NCBI GenBank assembly: GCA_023645945.1
Contig: JALAIB010000104.1
Location: 1-32,341 of the forward strand
Direction of reading: 5' to 3'
Length of the DNA: 32,341 nucleotides
Origin: Diploschistes diacapsis
Lineage: Eukaryota
This document shows, piece by piece, positions 1 through 10,460 of the stretch. The notes under the pieces are model-generated. The model was not told the origin of the DNA and searched no databases. It saw only the letters and a program-made list of their open reading frames with translations. Made by a program: the position numbers and the translations under genes. Every line of letters starts with the position of its first letter. Position 1 is the stretch's first letter.

Positions 1-9
1 GTGGAAGAT

Positions 10-48
10 GGGGGATGGGGGGATGGGAAATGGGAAATGGGAAATGGG
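10..48 (+). repeat. G-run / (GGGAAAT)n microrepeat, G-quadruplex-capable
   Basis: ggggg-at-gggggg-at-ggg-aaat-ggg-aaat-ggg-aaat-ggg: six G>=3 tracts with short loops. Confidence 0.6.
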
Positions 49-613
49 AGGTTGTGCTGGATGGATGGGGTGGCTTCGCCTTTCTTGGATGCAGATTGGC
101 TGCCGGTGTTTTGTATAATGTGGGCATGGAGTGGCAAAGCGCGCGGGGAACGATGCGGGGGATTTGTGGATGGAAGATGCTCCGGTTGATGGGTTCGACT
201 TTGGCTTGTGTAGAGATGGGGTGGTGGTGCTTCAAAGGCTTTGTATGCTTCTTTGAGAGTGTGGCGGACCGCGTGTTCCCCCCTCAACATCGTGATGGAG
301 GGAGGGGTTCTTTGGACGGTGGGCTCTACGTCACCCATGGTAGGTATATGGTTGTGGCATTCTAGTTGAACTGAGTGCTTCTTCGATGTAATGATTAACA
401 ATTGATCTTTCGAATTGTACGGAGCGACTAATCAGGGGATTTAATAATGTTTGGGTGACGATTTAATGTGTTGCTATCGGGAAGATGTTCCATCATACAA
501 ACACAGATATTCTAAGAGCCCGATACGATCAGAAGTCCTTCTCACTGGCTCCCATAGTAGCTCAAGCATGCAACGTCCTCGTATATATCGCCCGAGTATC
601 AAGACACAATCCC

Positions 614-1632
614 TTACAAGCGTGCCGCAGCAGTAGACTCCTCGTCTCTCTTCGGAACTAGCGCAATATTAAACTCCAAATCGAGCTCCGCCTTGTTATC
701 GCCCTTTGAAGAGTCAAAGTGCACAACCAGATCATCCTTGACCGCGAACACCGTATCCGTTTCCAGATACTGGTCGTCATCCGGATAGATCTGATTCACC
801 AGCGGATGGAATTTCTCGTGTGTAACCTACATACCCATTTTAGCCCCTTGAGCCCACTATTGTAGGCTCATGCAGTCACGGTCTACTCACCATCACATGG
901 ATGTGGGCCGGCCGCATCGGGTGCCGGTCCAGGATCTGGAAGATCTGTCCTGCGGGTCCATCCGTTGGGAGCGAGTAGGCTGTTGGCTTCAGACAGTAGA
1001 GGTGATAGTACCCGTTCCCATCTGTCCTAAACTTCCCGCGGAGGTTGTTGTCGACCTGGTTGTCCGGATCCTGGAAGTCATATTTGCCGTTCGAAGACGC
1101 CTCCCAGATGTCGACGACAGCATTGGCGATCGGCATTTGGGTTACCACGTCTGTGACTTGGCCATGCATGAGCGCGACTTGTCCTTTGTGCGGACTCATT
1201 ATGATGCTATCGCCGTTCTTGCGGAAAGGGGCGTCGGGGCTCCAGAATGGGCCGAGGATTGCGTGGGAGGTGGGACGTTGATCTGCCTTCAGGGCGTGAT
1301 AGTTATTTATCTCGACCACCAATCTAAAGGCTATTATTTTCTAGGTCGAGCTGTAGAATGCGCCACACGTACGACTCAAGACCGAAAATGTCCGACATCC
1401 GGTGCGCCTCGTTTCTTGTCCTATTGCTGATCTGCCCGATCGAGTTGATGAACTTGACGCCTTCCAGCCACTCCTCGGTCGACAGCTCTAACTCCCTGGC
1501 AAAGTCGTGGAGATGTCTGATTAACGAGGTGAAGATCTGCCTCGTCCTCGGCGCCGTCTTTGGACCCATGGTATCAATGACATGTTGAGTGAACTTGGGG
1601 TCGTATTTTTCGGGCATAGTTCCTGTGGCCAT
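614..1632 (-). CDS. prcA: Intradiol ring-cleavage dioxygenase, most like fungal protocatechuate 3,4-dioxygenase (exons 1632-1373, 1323-891, 826-614)
   Basis: GT-AG introns 1372-1324 and 890-827 join three ORFs in frame. Fe-ligand motifs YDFQD, PTAY and RPAHIH are present. [37 protein letters not shown] and VNQIYPDDD closely match Aspergillus PrcA as recalled. Start could be ATG 1632 or the in-frame ATG five codons downstream. Confidence 0.88.
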
Positions 1633-2248
1633 GGCGTCTGATCAACTAAGTGATCTCTCTATGCTATATGATCCCAAGCGATTGAGAGCAGCTATTAATA
1701 TGTAAAAGGTTGGGTAGGCTTCTTGATGGGGACTTGGGCTTTAAGTATCTTTTTAGTTCACGTCGGCTTCTATATCCCAATATCGAAGCCCTTCCGGAAC
1801 CGAACAAGCCGGTCATACCTAGGCGGCATTTTTGGCCGGCATTTTCCTGGGGCTCATTGTGCTGAACTAAATTGCCGAAATTGACAAGCCTCGAAGCCAT
1901 GTGTTTTTGAAGGATCGTTGTCAGTCACATTGCAGCCCCCCACGAAGCCCGCCACACGTTCTAACTGCTGACTTTGTCGGACTTTCGACCCGCTACTGCA
2001 ACAACGCGGGGTTAGCACTAGAAGCTGGCAGAGATATACGGTTACTCTGTAATGACGCATGTGAAGCTTCACAGTAATCTCATAGGCTTTCTGTCCGCCG
2101 CGGTCTATGGAGACTACAATGGGAATGGCAAAGTTTGCCGTTCTTGAATTCGATTGGCGTTTCCAAAGGCGCATAGGTTAGAAGTGTGAGGGGGAACAAT
2201 CGGGTTCAAGATTATCTTGATATTGTGACCAGACTGCTTCTTGCAAAG
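1633..2248. promoter_or_regulatory. Divergent prcA/cmcA promoter with repeated CGGCAWTTT motifs and CreA-like SYGGRG sites
   Basis: CGGCATTTT at 1824-1832 and 1837-1845; inverted copy AAATTGCCG at 1869-1877; CTGGGG at 1847-1852; GCGGGG at 2006-2011. Confidence 0.45.
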
Positions 2249-3503
2249 ATGCTACACCATCTGATGATTGGGACATGGACTCCGCCAGGCGCCATCTTCA
2301 CTGTTCAATTCGACGATGAACAGAGAACTCTGAAGCTAGCCAAGCGGACCGAGATACCATACGACGAACCCATCTCCTGGATGACCTTCGATGTAAGTCT
2401 CCAGCAAAAATGAGACTCGAAGCGACGAAGCTCAATATTATGTCCTTGGTCAGCACGCGAGGAGAAATATCTATGGAGCCTCCGTGAAGACATTTTCTAG
2501 TTACTCGGTGACAAGTCCCACAGACATCGTCCGGGATGCAGCGTTTCCCATCGCTGGAGGCCACCGTATGTCACCTTGGGGGTTGAAGTATTCTGATAAT
2601 TTTAATACATGTTTAGTGAATGTAGCAGATAAGAGTATGAACACAAGAGCTATCTTTGTGCTCGCCGCGAAGAAGCCACCTTACAACGTCTATGGCAATC
2701 CGTTCTACGAACACGCGAGCCATGGCCAGATCTTTTCGGTAGACAACGAAGGCAGAATGGCATCTAATAGTCAAAACTATGAATACCACCACAAAGCTGG
2801 GATACATGGCATGGTCTTTGACCCTACAGAGACCTACCTCTACTCGGCGGATATGCACACAAATCAGATCTGGACGCATAAGAAGGACCCTCAGACTGGC
2901 CATCTAGAAATGGTTGGTAGCACAACTGCTCCCAAGCCCGGAGATCACCCGCGATGGGTCGAAGTACATCCGAGCGGCAATTATCTATATGCCCTAATGG
3001 AGGCTGGAAATACATTATGCGAATACGCCATGGACGAAAGCACGCATCTACCAGTCTTCACAGGGAAGACTTATCCCCTTATACCCCCGGGTAAGTATGT
3101 CGAAGTTTACCATTGTTCATGCATGTTGACTCTCCTTTCAGGTCTATCAAGGCCGGGCGAAAAGGTATATCGTGCGGATGTTGTATTCCTTTCACACAGC
3201 AAAGAATACCTTTTTGCAACGTCACGGGCGAATAAATTCCACTTGACCGGCTACATCAGTGCTTTCAAGGTTAATCATAGCGGAAGCATCGAAAGGCAGG
3301 TATGCATGAATCCTACCACAACGAGCGGTGGTCATTCAAACGCCATTAGCCCTTGCCCTTGGAGCGATGAGTGGCTTGCCCTCACCGATGATCAGGAGGG
3401 TTTCGTAGAAATATATCGATGGCACCAAGAGTTCCTGGGTAGAGTAGCACACCTCGACATCAAACAGCCGGGCTTTGGCATGAACGCTATATGGTACAAT
3501 TGA
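2249..3503 (+). CDS. cmcA: 3-carboxy-cis,cis-muconate cyclase (lactonizing enzyme, beta-propeller); exons 2249-2392, 2454-2565, 2617-3090, 3142-3503
   Basis: MLHHLMIGTWTPPGAIFTVQFDDE, GIHGMVFDPTETYLYSAD, GDHPRW, SGGHSNAISPCPWSDEW and PGFGMNAIWY are near-identical to Neurospora crassa CMLE as recalled. Three GT-AG introns (2393-2453, 2566-2616, 3091-3141). Confidence 0.95.
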
Positions 3504-4109
3504 TACACTAGCAATGGCAACATCTCATACAATCGCAGGCAATCGGGGCCGAACGATGAGATGAAGAGCAATATGCGGCCAGCATTACGGCACAGCACTG
3601 CCCAATTAGGAAATTTCGTACCACAAAGCCCCTATTTTCATTGAAGCACCCCTCACACCAAGTATCACCAGTCTTTTATTTGCCAACAAATTCATTGCCT
3701 GGACATGCCATATATCTAACACCGCTTTCTTCCTGCAGTGCACTTATCAACGTATAAACACGTGGGATAGCCTGGGCCAAAAGTCGGTCTTCCTCCACAA
3801 CTCATACCGTACTCACATGCCAGAAGCGGAGCTGCTAACCCTGCGGTAATCTTTAAGGTGCAGTTTTACGTCATGGATCGAGCGCTAATGTAAAGTGCTT
3901 GATGAAGCTGCATGTCAGCTTTCGTTCGCATTCAGAACCTGAGGAGTAAAGAGACATTGCACTGCTTGACAAATGTTGAGACACGTTTCCTATCTACAAT
4001 TATCGAGTTATAATTAATTTTCCCTCTTATTGTTCATCATCAAATTCTGTATACGGTGCACCAAGAGCTTCAGGGCATTAAAGCGTATCAGCCTAGCTGA
4101 ACCACCAAT

Positions 4110-5897
4110 ATGGCACCAAAACCGGGCCTCCTGTACGTGACTATGCAACCGATGCCCTCTCTCTCATCCCAAGAATTCCACGACTGGTATAACAACGAAC
4201 ACGGCCCCACACGTCTACGCCTCCCTTTCATCCCTAGTGGCTTCCGCTACCGGGCCACGGACCTCACAGACTCCAACCAAGGCGGCACCGCCGAGAGGCC
4301 AGAATGGCTCGCCTGGTACGATATTACGGATATGGCCGAGCTCACGCGCGAAACTTACACTCGCCTACGCTTACCTGGTGCCAAGTCCCAGCGTGAAACT
4401 GACACGATGGGCCAGATCCACGTAAATCGTAAACTCTTCGACTTTGTCGCTGGTTGGAGATCCCCTTCCTTCAAAGACCTCGAAATACCCACCACTCCCG
4501 CAAACACGACCAACGTTCTCGTCTCCGTGACCTTCACTCTCAAGCCCGGCGCTGACAAGGTAGCCGAGCTGGACAAGTGGTACAACGAAGAGCACGTGGA
4601 CATGCTCTCCAAAGTTCCCGGCTGGCTACGCACGCGGCGCTATGCTACCTCCACCATCACCCCCACCGAGGAGAAAAAGGAGACCGAGTATATGGCGCTA
4701 CACGAGTACTCCTCACCCTCCGGCCTCTCCAGCCCCGAATTCCGCGCCGCCATCTCCACCCCTTGGGCCGCCAAGATCAAAAACGATATCGAAGCCTCCC
4801 GCGCCCGCAGCGTCTACTCCCTCTCCTACATCTTCGGCCCCGCACCCCGCCACCTTGCCATCTTCCAGTCCTGGACCTCCCCCGACAGCCCCACCACTAC
4901 CATCCCCGCCTCGCCTTCCACACACAATATCTCTGCCATCGAGTCCTACATCACGACCCCCGACGGCGTCACCATCCCCTACCGCCTGGAGTCCCACTCC
5001 TCCGCTCCGCCCAACGGCCCCGTCATCCTCCTCTCAAACTCCATCCTCACGACATACCACATCTGGGACACCTTCGCCCCCTTATTCCTCTCGAACTCGG
5101 ACTTCCGCCAATACCGCCTCCTGCGCTACAACGCCCGCGGCCGCCACACGCTCCCCGCCTCCGCCGCTTCCACCCCGGTCACGCTGGACGTGCTGGCCGC
5201 CGACATCATCTCCCTGCTCGACGCGCTCCGGGTGCCGAGAGCCGCGGCGCTGATCGGCGTCAGCCTGGGCGGCGCGACGGTGCTGCACGCCGCGCTCCAG
5301 TACCCACATCGAGCCGCGAGCTTCGTGGCGTGCGACACGAACGCCGTGGCGCCGCCGGCGAACAGGACGGTTTGGCCGGAGCGGGTGGCGGTCACGGAGG
5401 AGGAGGGCGCCAGGGATGAGGGTTCTGGGGAGGAGATTGTGGGTGAGAGGTTGGCGGAGGCGACGGTGAGGCGGTGGTTTGCTGTTAAGGGTGATGCGGA
5501 CGGTTCCGAGAGTGGAAGGGGAGGTGGGAGCTGGACGGCGGGTGCGAGGGATGAAGATAGGGGGAGGATGGAGGAGGTGAAGGAGATGGTGAGGACGAAC
5601 AGTCTTGAGGGATTCAGGAGCGTGGTGCGGAGTTTGTTCGAGTATGATTTGCAGGCCGGGATGGAGGGGGCGGTGACGGAAGGGCACGGTGGTGTGAGGG
5701 GGTGTTTTGTGGTGGGGAGTGAGGATGGGGTGTTGCCCGAGGTAATGCGGAGGATGGCGCAGAGCTATGGGATTAATGGCGGAAAGGGGGGAAGGAAGGG
5801 AGGCGCTTTCGAGGTGGTGGAGGGAGCGGGGCATTTGCCGATGGTGCAGAGGCCGAGGGAGTTTGTTGAGGCTGTGGGGCGGTTTATAAGCCCTTAG
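4110..5897 (+). CDS. chdA: Two-domain protein: N-terminal duplicated EthD-like alpha+beta barrel plus C-terminal alpha/beta hydrolase; probable 3-carboxymuconolactone hydrolase/decarboxylase
   Basis: Intronless 595-aa ORF with internal repeats FHDWYNNEH and LDKWYNEEH. Enol-lactone-hydrolase-like domain has LSNSIL, nucleophile elbow GVSLG and catalytic His in GAGHLP. It is adjacent to prcA and cmcA. Confidence 0.8.
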   Translation: MAPKPGLLYVTMQPMPSLSSQEFHDWYNNEHGPTRLRLPFIPSGFRYRATDLTDSNQGGTAERPEWLAWYDITDMAELTRETYTRLRLPGAKSQRETDTMGQIHVNRKLFDFVAGWRSPSFKDLEIPTTPANTTNVLVSVTFTLKPGADKVAELDKWYNEEHVDMLSKVPGWLRTRRYATSTITPTEEKKETEYMALHEYSSPSGLSSPEFRAAISTPWAAKIKNDIEASRARSVYSLSYIFGPAPRHLAIFQSWTSPDSPTTTIPASPSTHNISAIESYITTPDGVTIPYRLESHSSAPPNGPVILLSNSILTTYHIWDTFAPLFLSNSDFRQYRLLRYNARGRHTLPASAASTPVTLDVLAADIISLLDALRVPRAAALIGVSLGGATVLHAALQYPHRAASFVACDTNAVAPPANRTVWPERVAVTEEEGARDEGSGEEIVGERLAEATVRRWFAVKGDADGSESGRGGGSWTAGARDEDRGRMEEVKEMVRTNSLEGFRSVVRSLFEYDLQAGMEGAVTEGHGGVRGCFVVGSEDGVLPEVMRRMAQSYGINGGKGGRKGGAFEVVEGAGHLPMVQRPREFVEAVGRFISP

Positions 5898-6116
5898 AGC
5901 AGGACGGGTTAGAGCCGTCTGTCGAACAATCGCTCTGAATGCCATTGAGCACCTTCGTGATGCCGAACAAGGATGACCTTTTCTAGTTCGTGAGCTGCAG
6001 GAGACTCCGGCGAAAAGTTTGCCATACGAACTGAATTAGATTTTAATATCCCGGGATCAACAGATGTGTGGACCACGGCAAGTTTCTATAAAATGTTTTA
6101 TGCTTACGCACATGCA

Positions 6117-7274
6117 TCATTCGACCAAACTCCTCCGCGCCATCTCCAAAACACCGTCCCTCGTCACATTCCCGCCCGTGAAGCCGCTAGCATGACAAAA
6201 CACACAGCCCTCGATCCCCGCCTTCTCGCTCAGCTCCGCGTCCCTCACGCCCCTCCACTCCTCCCTCAGCGGCCTCCTGCTCTCAAAGCTTCCTTCCCCC
6301 ACACTCACCGCCTGCACCCTCCACCTCGCATCCTTCTCCTCGGACTCCGGATACAGGACGTACAGAATCTGAGGCCTGTCCGGGCTGGACGCTTCGATGT
6401 TGTACAGGTGCTCTTTCCACGGCACGCCGCCTCGGGGCAGCGTGATGATCTGGCCCGAAGGATCGGTGTCCAGCCGCGCGTTATACGCTTCTAGGACGGT
6501 GGCGCGTGCAGGGAGCCAGGTGCCGTGGGCAAGGGCTAGCTTGCGCAAGAAAGAGGTGCCGACTAGGGCCGAGGCCTGCAGGAAGCGGGAGTCCTCCGCG
6601 GCTTGTGGGCTGGAAATGTCGAGGGAAGTGGCGGGGATCAGAGGGGGCAGGAGCGGGTCGTCAACGGGCTGGTTCAGGTCCGAGACGAGGCTGGCGAGGG
6701 TGACGCCGAAGTCTTTGAAGCGCTTTTTGGTATCGCCGATGCTTTGCCGGTCGTAGAGCTCGATGCCGTTGTCGTTTGCGTCGAATGCTTCGACGAAGTC
6801 GGTGTACAGCTTCTCGAATAGGAGGGAGACGTCTGGATGGGATTCTGGGAGGCCGGAGCGCTGCGCGATTATGGCGCGTCCAAAGTGCATGTAGATGAGA
6901 CCTGCCGAGGAGAGTTTGGTCCCGTGGGATGGAAAAGTGGTGTCGAAGGTGCGCTGGTGGTGGTCATACCGGTTCTTAGCTGCGTCGTACTCGCCGCCCA
7001 CGTCGACGACGGTATGGCAGGCGGCTAGTTTGTTAGGGTCCCGCGTACGTACGAGGCTGGCATCGTTGTAGGAGGGCAGCAGACGCAGCAGGTAGACTGC
7101 TAAAGCTTCGTCGGCATGGAAATGACCGCTTAAGCATGTCAGATGGAAGACGCAATCTTGATGAGGCTGTAGAAGATGTCCATATACGTACTTGTGAGTA
7201 CCAATGACCACTGGGGAGGCCTTGAGTCGTTTAGCAGCGATCTCTTCAGTCATCCTAAGCAGGTTGCGGAACAT
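6117..7274 (-). CDS. MYG1: MYG1 family (UPF0160) exonuclease / metal-dependent hydrolase; exons 7274 (or 7253)-7192, 7128-6117
   Basis: After splicing out the 63-nt intron 7191-7129 (GTACGT...CTGAC...TAAG): IGTHNGHFHADEALA, RTRD, VVDVGG, YDHHQ, KLSSAGL, DANDNG, PWKEHL, FCHASGFTGG. Confidence 0.92.
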   Translation of the reverse strand: MFRNLLRMTEEIAAKRLKASPVVIGTHKYVYGHLLQPHQDCVFHLTCLSGHFHADEALAVYLLRLLPSYNDASLVRTRDPNKLAACHTVVDVGGEYDAAKNRYDHHQRTFDTTFPSHGTKLSSAGLIYMHFGRAIIAQRSGLPESHPDVSLLFEKLYTDFVEAFDANDNGIELYDRQSIGDTKKRFKDFGVTLASLVSDLNQPVDDPLLPPLIPATSLDISSPQAAEDSRFLQASALVGTSFLRKLALAHGTWLPARATVLEAYNARLDTDPSGQIITLPRGGVPWKEHLYNIEASSPDRPQILYVLYPESEEKDARWRVQAVSVGEGSFESRRPLREEWRGVRDAELSEKAGIEGCVFCHASGFTGGNVTRDGVLEMARRSLVE

Positions 7275-7942
7275 ATAACCCACGATCTCTCATTCAAGAA
7301 GCAGGAAATAACCGAGAAAAGGGGATATAAGCTTCTGTGCCATAGAACCGTTTCCTTTTGTCCTCTAAACCTCGTTAGGCCAGCACATGAGCTACAGTAG
7401 GCCGATACATCGTGCTCCCTGCCGCTTTGATGCCAAGAAATGCCAAGGAATATCAAGCTTTGTAACTCACTTTTTGTCCTTAGTCAGCATTACAGTTGGA
7501 ATTCTCAAACATGTGATCCCTCTGCTGCCTTGATAGCCTTCAACACGCTGTATTCTAGCTATCTACAATACAAGAAGCAAGAAGCGTTGAAGTCATGCTG
7601 TGGACCATTTCATGGACTAGAGGCTTCCAGAAAATGAAAACTGAAGTTTGTCAAAGAAGTGGGTCTCTTCAGGCAAACCTTCCATAAAAATTTCGTCTTG
7701 CAGAAGGCACGCGACTTCGAACCAATGACCATATTCGCAGATTGTGCCAATAATCTGGACGAGCTTCGTTGTCTATCGACTTACAGCTTCATTCTCCGAC
7801 AATTGTCGCATGGTCCCAACTAGGCTCCTCTATCTGACCTCAGACGGGGAAAGTTCAACATACGCATAGTGTAGAAAACACTGTGGCTCAATTCGCATAT
7901 CGCAAAGCGGCGCGCGAACGGCGTCCCGATCCGCACACGCAG

Positions 7943-9311
7943 ATGTGGATCGTACGGGTCTTCTCGTCGATAGCCTTCCTCATATCCATCGTCCTCTCGA
8001 TACCTTTGGCCTTTGATGTCGGCGGTAGAACTTGTGGACTAGCCTTTTCCTTCTCTTTGGCGACCTTCTATTTCTTCTACTCAACCCTGAAGCTTCTCAC
8101 TCCTGAGTCGTCACGGTTTCGCTGGACATTTGCCAAAGTTCTGGGATTGGTGCAGTGGATTGTCCTTCCTTCGTTGCTGATATGGTCCCTGAACCGCTTT
8201 TCAGTCGATTCGGAGTTTGCTGGTGACGGTTGGTTTGAGCGAACGTTCGGCGGCAAAAGAGCAAAGGATACGTCGGTCTATGAATGGATACTGGGTCACG
8301 ATGGCCTTGTCGAGCTGGCGACCTTGGGGTGCTGGGAAAAAATACTGCAATGGTCAACCCCTGTGTTCCAGCTTTGCGAAGGGTTCTGTAGCTTGCTTGT
8401 CGTTCAAGCAGCCGGGCAAATCACGAGATGGGCTGTGAATAGGTCCAGCAGGAACGACACTTGGATGGTGAGGAGCTTTGTTCCGCCTGTTGGGGACTAT
8501 GCTAACTATAGCCGGACAGATAATTTTCCTTGTAATGTCCGCGTCGATAATCTCAAGCTCCGTTTACTTTCTTTGGCGCATCACCACGTTCCCCGAGATC
8601 GGAAACGTCGACGCCATTCTTATTGGAATGGCGATTACCTCTACGGTAATCCTCGGAGGCTGGGGTATCGGAAGTGGCAGGGGCAATCCAGTGGAAAGCT
8701 CCTTGCTTTTCGCATACACGACGCTTTGCATCTACCAGATCTTTACCGACTACCAACCGTCCCATCCTTCCGAGGCACTGCCGCCAGCTCAAGCTGCAGA
8801 CTTCCCTCCGTTACCACCCATTATCATGGCCTCCTACACAACCATAGTTCAAGCCCTTTCTACCCTTCCGACAATGGTTCATGCAGCTTTCCATTTCGTT
8901 ATCGCTGCGTTCAGTACCATTACACCATCGATTTTTATCTCTCTTGCTTATCGACTGTTCGTATTCTACGCTTCGACGCGCATCATCCCCGCAGTGCGCG
9001 AGTCCGGAGCCCGTGCCCTTTCTCAAGAACCGTCGTTGGAAGACACTGACGGTGCAGGACAGATTCTCGGGTTTCTCAGCTGGTTCAGTCCAAGCATTCT
9101 CATTGCCGTCTATACCAGTCTCCTCATGCAGCACTTCGCTTCTACGGCAGACGAAGACTCTCTAGACGCTTGGTCTCAGCATGGCGATGCAGGTAGTAAT
9201 CTCTGGAAGTGGGTCAATCTCTCTGGCACGCTTGCTTTGTACGCATTGGAATTGTACCTTGGCAAAGACGAAATGGATGAGAGCTTGACTGGGCACTGGA
9301 AGACGGACTGA
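7943..9311 (+). CDS. ICE2: ICE2 family polytopic ER membrane protein; exons 7943-8467, 8520-9311
   Basis: LSIPLAFDVGGRTCGLAFS and STPVFQLCEGFCSLLVVQAAG match Ice2; multiple hydrophobic segments. Intron 8468-8519 (GTGAGG...GCTAAC...CAG) joins the two ORFs in frame. Confidence 0.88.
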
Positions 9312-10338
9312 AGATCTGAATATCGCAATCTGAAACGCAAGAAGATGGCCAAGAAGCAGCGCCTCAGTTTATTGTGCGCTCGCCATGGCCTTCTTGACCA
9401 CGACCGCGAGCGACATTTGGATGCTCGATAGCAATGGTGGTTCGACCGATCTCTCGAGGCGAAGACGCAATTGGGCCTACATTCTAGGACTCGATATGTA
9501 CCAGATCTCGGCGGTCCTACAGCGATGAGCATTAATCGCATTTTATACGGCTGAAGCAAGACCCGCCTGGTTAAGCCAGAAGAAGCCTAGATAAATTATC
9601 ATGAGAGCTCACAGCTAATGATAGCTGCACAAGAGCTGCCCGATGAAGTCAATCATCATAATGATAGGAGGGAAGCGGCCTGTACTGAGAAAGAGCACAA
9701 GAGCAAACTAAGTGCAAGAACTGTGGTTTTACGCGTGTGAGAACCGTATAAGGTGCTCCTGGATGAGGCATGTGGTATAAGGATACTCCAAAAAAGGCTA
9801 TCGAAGTCGACCGATCCAGCTCAAAAACTTGGCAGAAAATGCTATGCTATGCTTGCATGTATACTTGTTCAACCGTCCAGGCTATGGGTGGATTTCCTAC
9901 TCTTCGCATCTTTGCCTCTTCCTTCTCGCGTGAGGTCGACGCATTGTACGGGTATCCTACAGAGACCTGCATTTTTATTTCACACGCTTCGAGTCAGGCT
10001 TGGTCAACTGCCAAGAAAGCAGTAGTAGCATTTGTCCTATGCAGTACTTCCTTTCTACGTGTTTCTTTCCGCACCATATCTGTGCAATACCCGTTGCCTT
10101 TTCCTCCCCTTTCCTCGCTTTTCTTCCGCCCTCCTTTTTCACTTTCCCGCCTTCTCTCCCCCTACGTACTTATCGCCTCCTCCCCCTATCCCGTCTGCCC
10201 GTTCGGACCACCATACTTTACTTCTCTTCTTCTCGCCCTTCCTCTGGTCCGCCTTCCAATTAATCTGCCACCCCCGCACGCGCGAGCTCAAAAATCTCCC
10301 ATATAGTACACGTATGCCGATGGCGGCTTGGGTTTCAA

Positions 10339-10460
10339 ATCTATCTCCTATTTCACTTTCCAATTGTCTGGGAAGTAGAAGGAGATTATAGATGTGCATA
10401 TACCTCGTCGACTAGCAATATACTACCCTGTCACGAATGGAGCCACGAGTCAAGACACTA
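10339..10460 (+). ncRNA. Candidate intron-hosted structured ncRNA (H/ACA snoRNA-like)
   Basis: Long hairpin 10339-10393, second stem CTCGT/ACGAG (10404-10449), ACA at 10455-10457, all inside the intron-like segment GTATGC(10312)...polyT...TAG(10498). An outer stem GCGGCTT/GGGCCGC brackets it. Confidence 0.35.

Noticed and set aside
1..338. Minus-strand frame from ATG 338 (MGDVEPTVQRTPPS...) open to the window edge, plus the plus-strand ORFs 1-189 and 15-365
   Set aside because: Low-complexity, no recognisable domain, and openness is explained by strong G/C skew. It cannot be judged without flanking sequence.
4577..5945. Long overlapping or antisense ORFs (280, 203 and 287 aa) within chdA
   Set aside because: Shadow ORFs caused by high GC and skewed codon use; P/H/R-rich with no protein-like motifs.
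9770..10306. 178-aa ORF between ICE2 and palA
   Set aside because: No recognisable family, and the C-terminal half is just the translated C/T tract. A faint MFS-like phrase (AWSTAKKAVVAFVLC) is too short to support a call.
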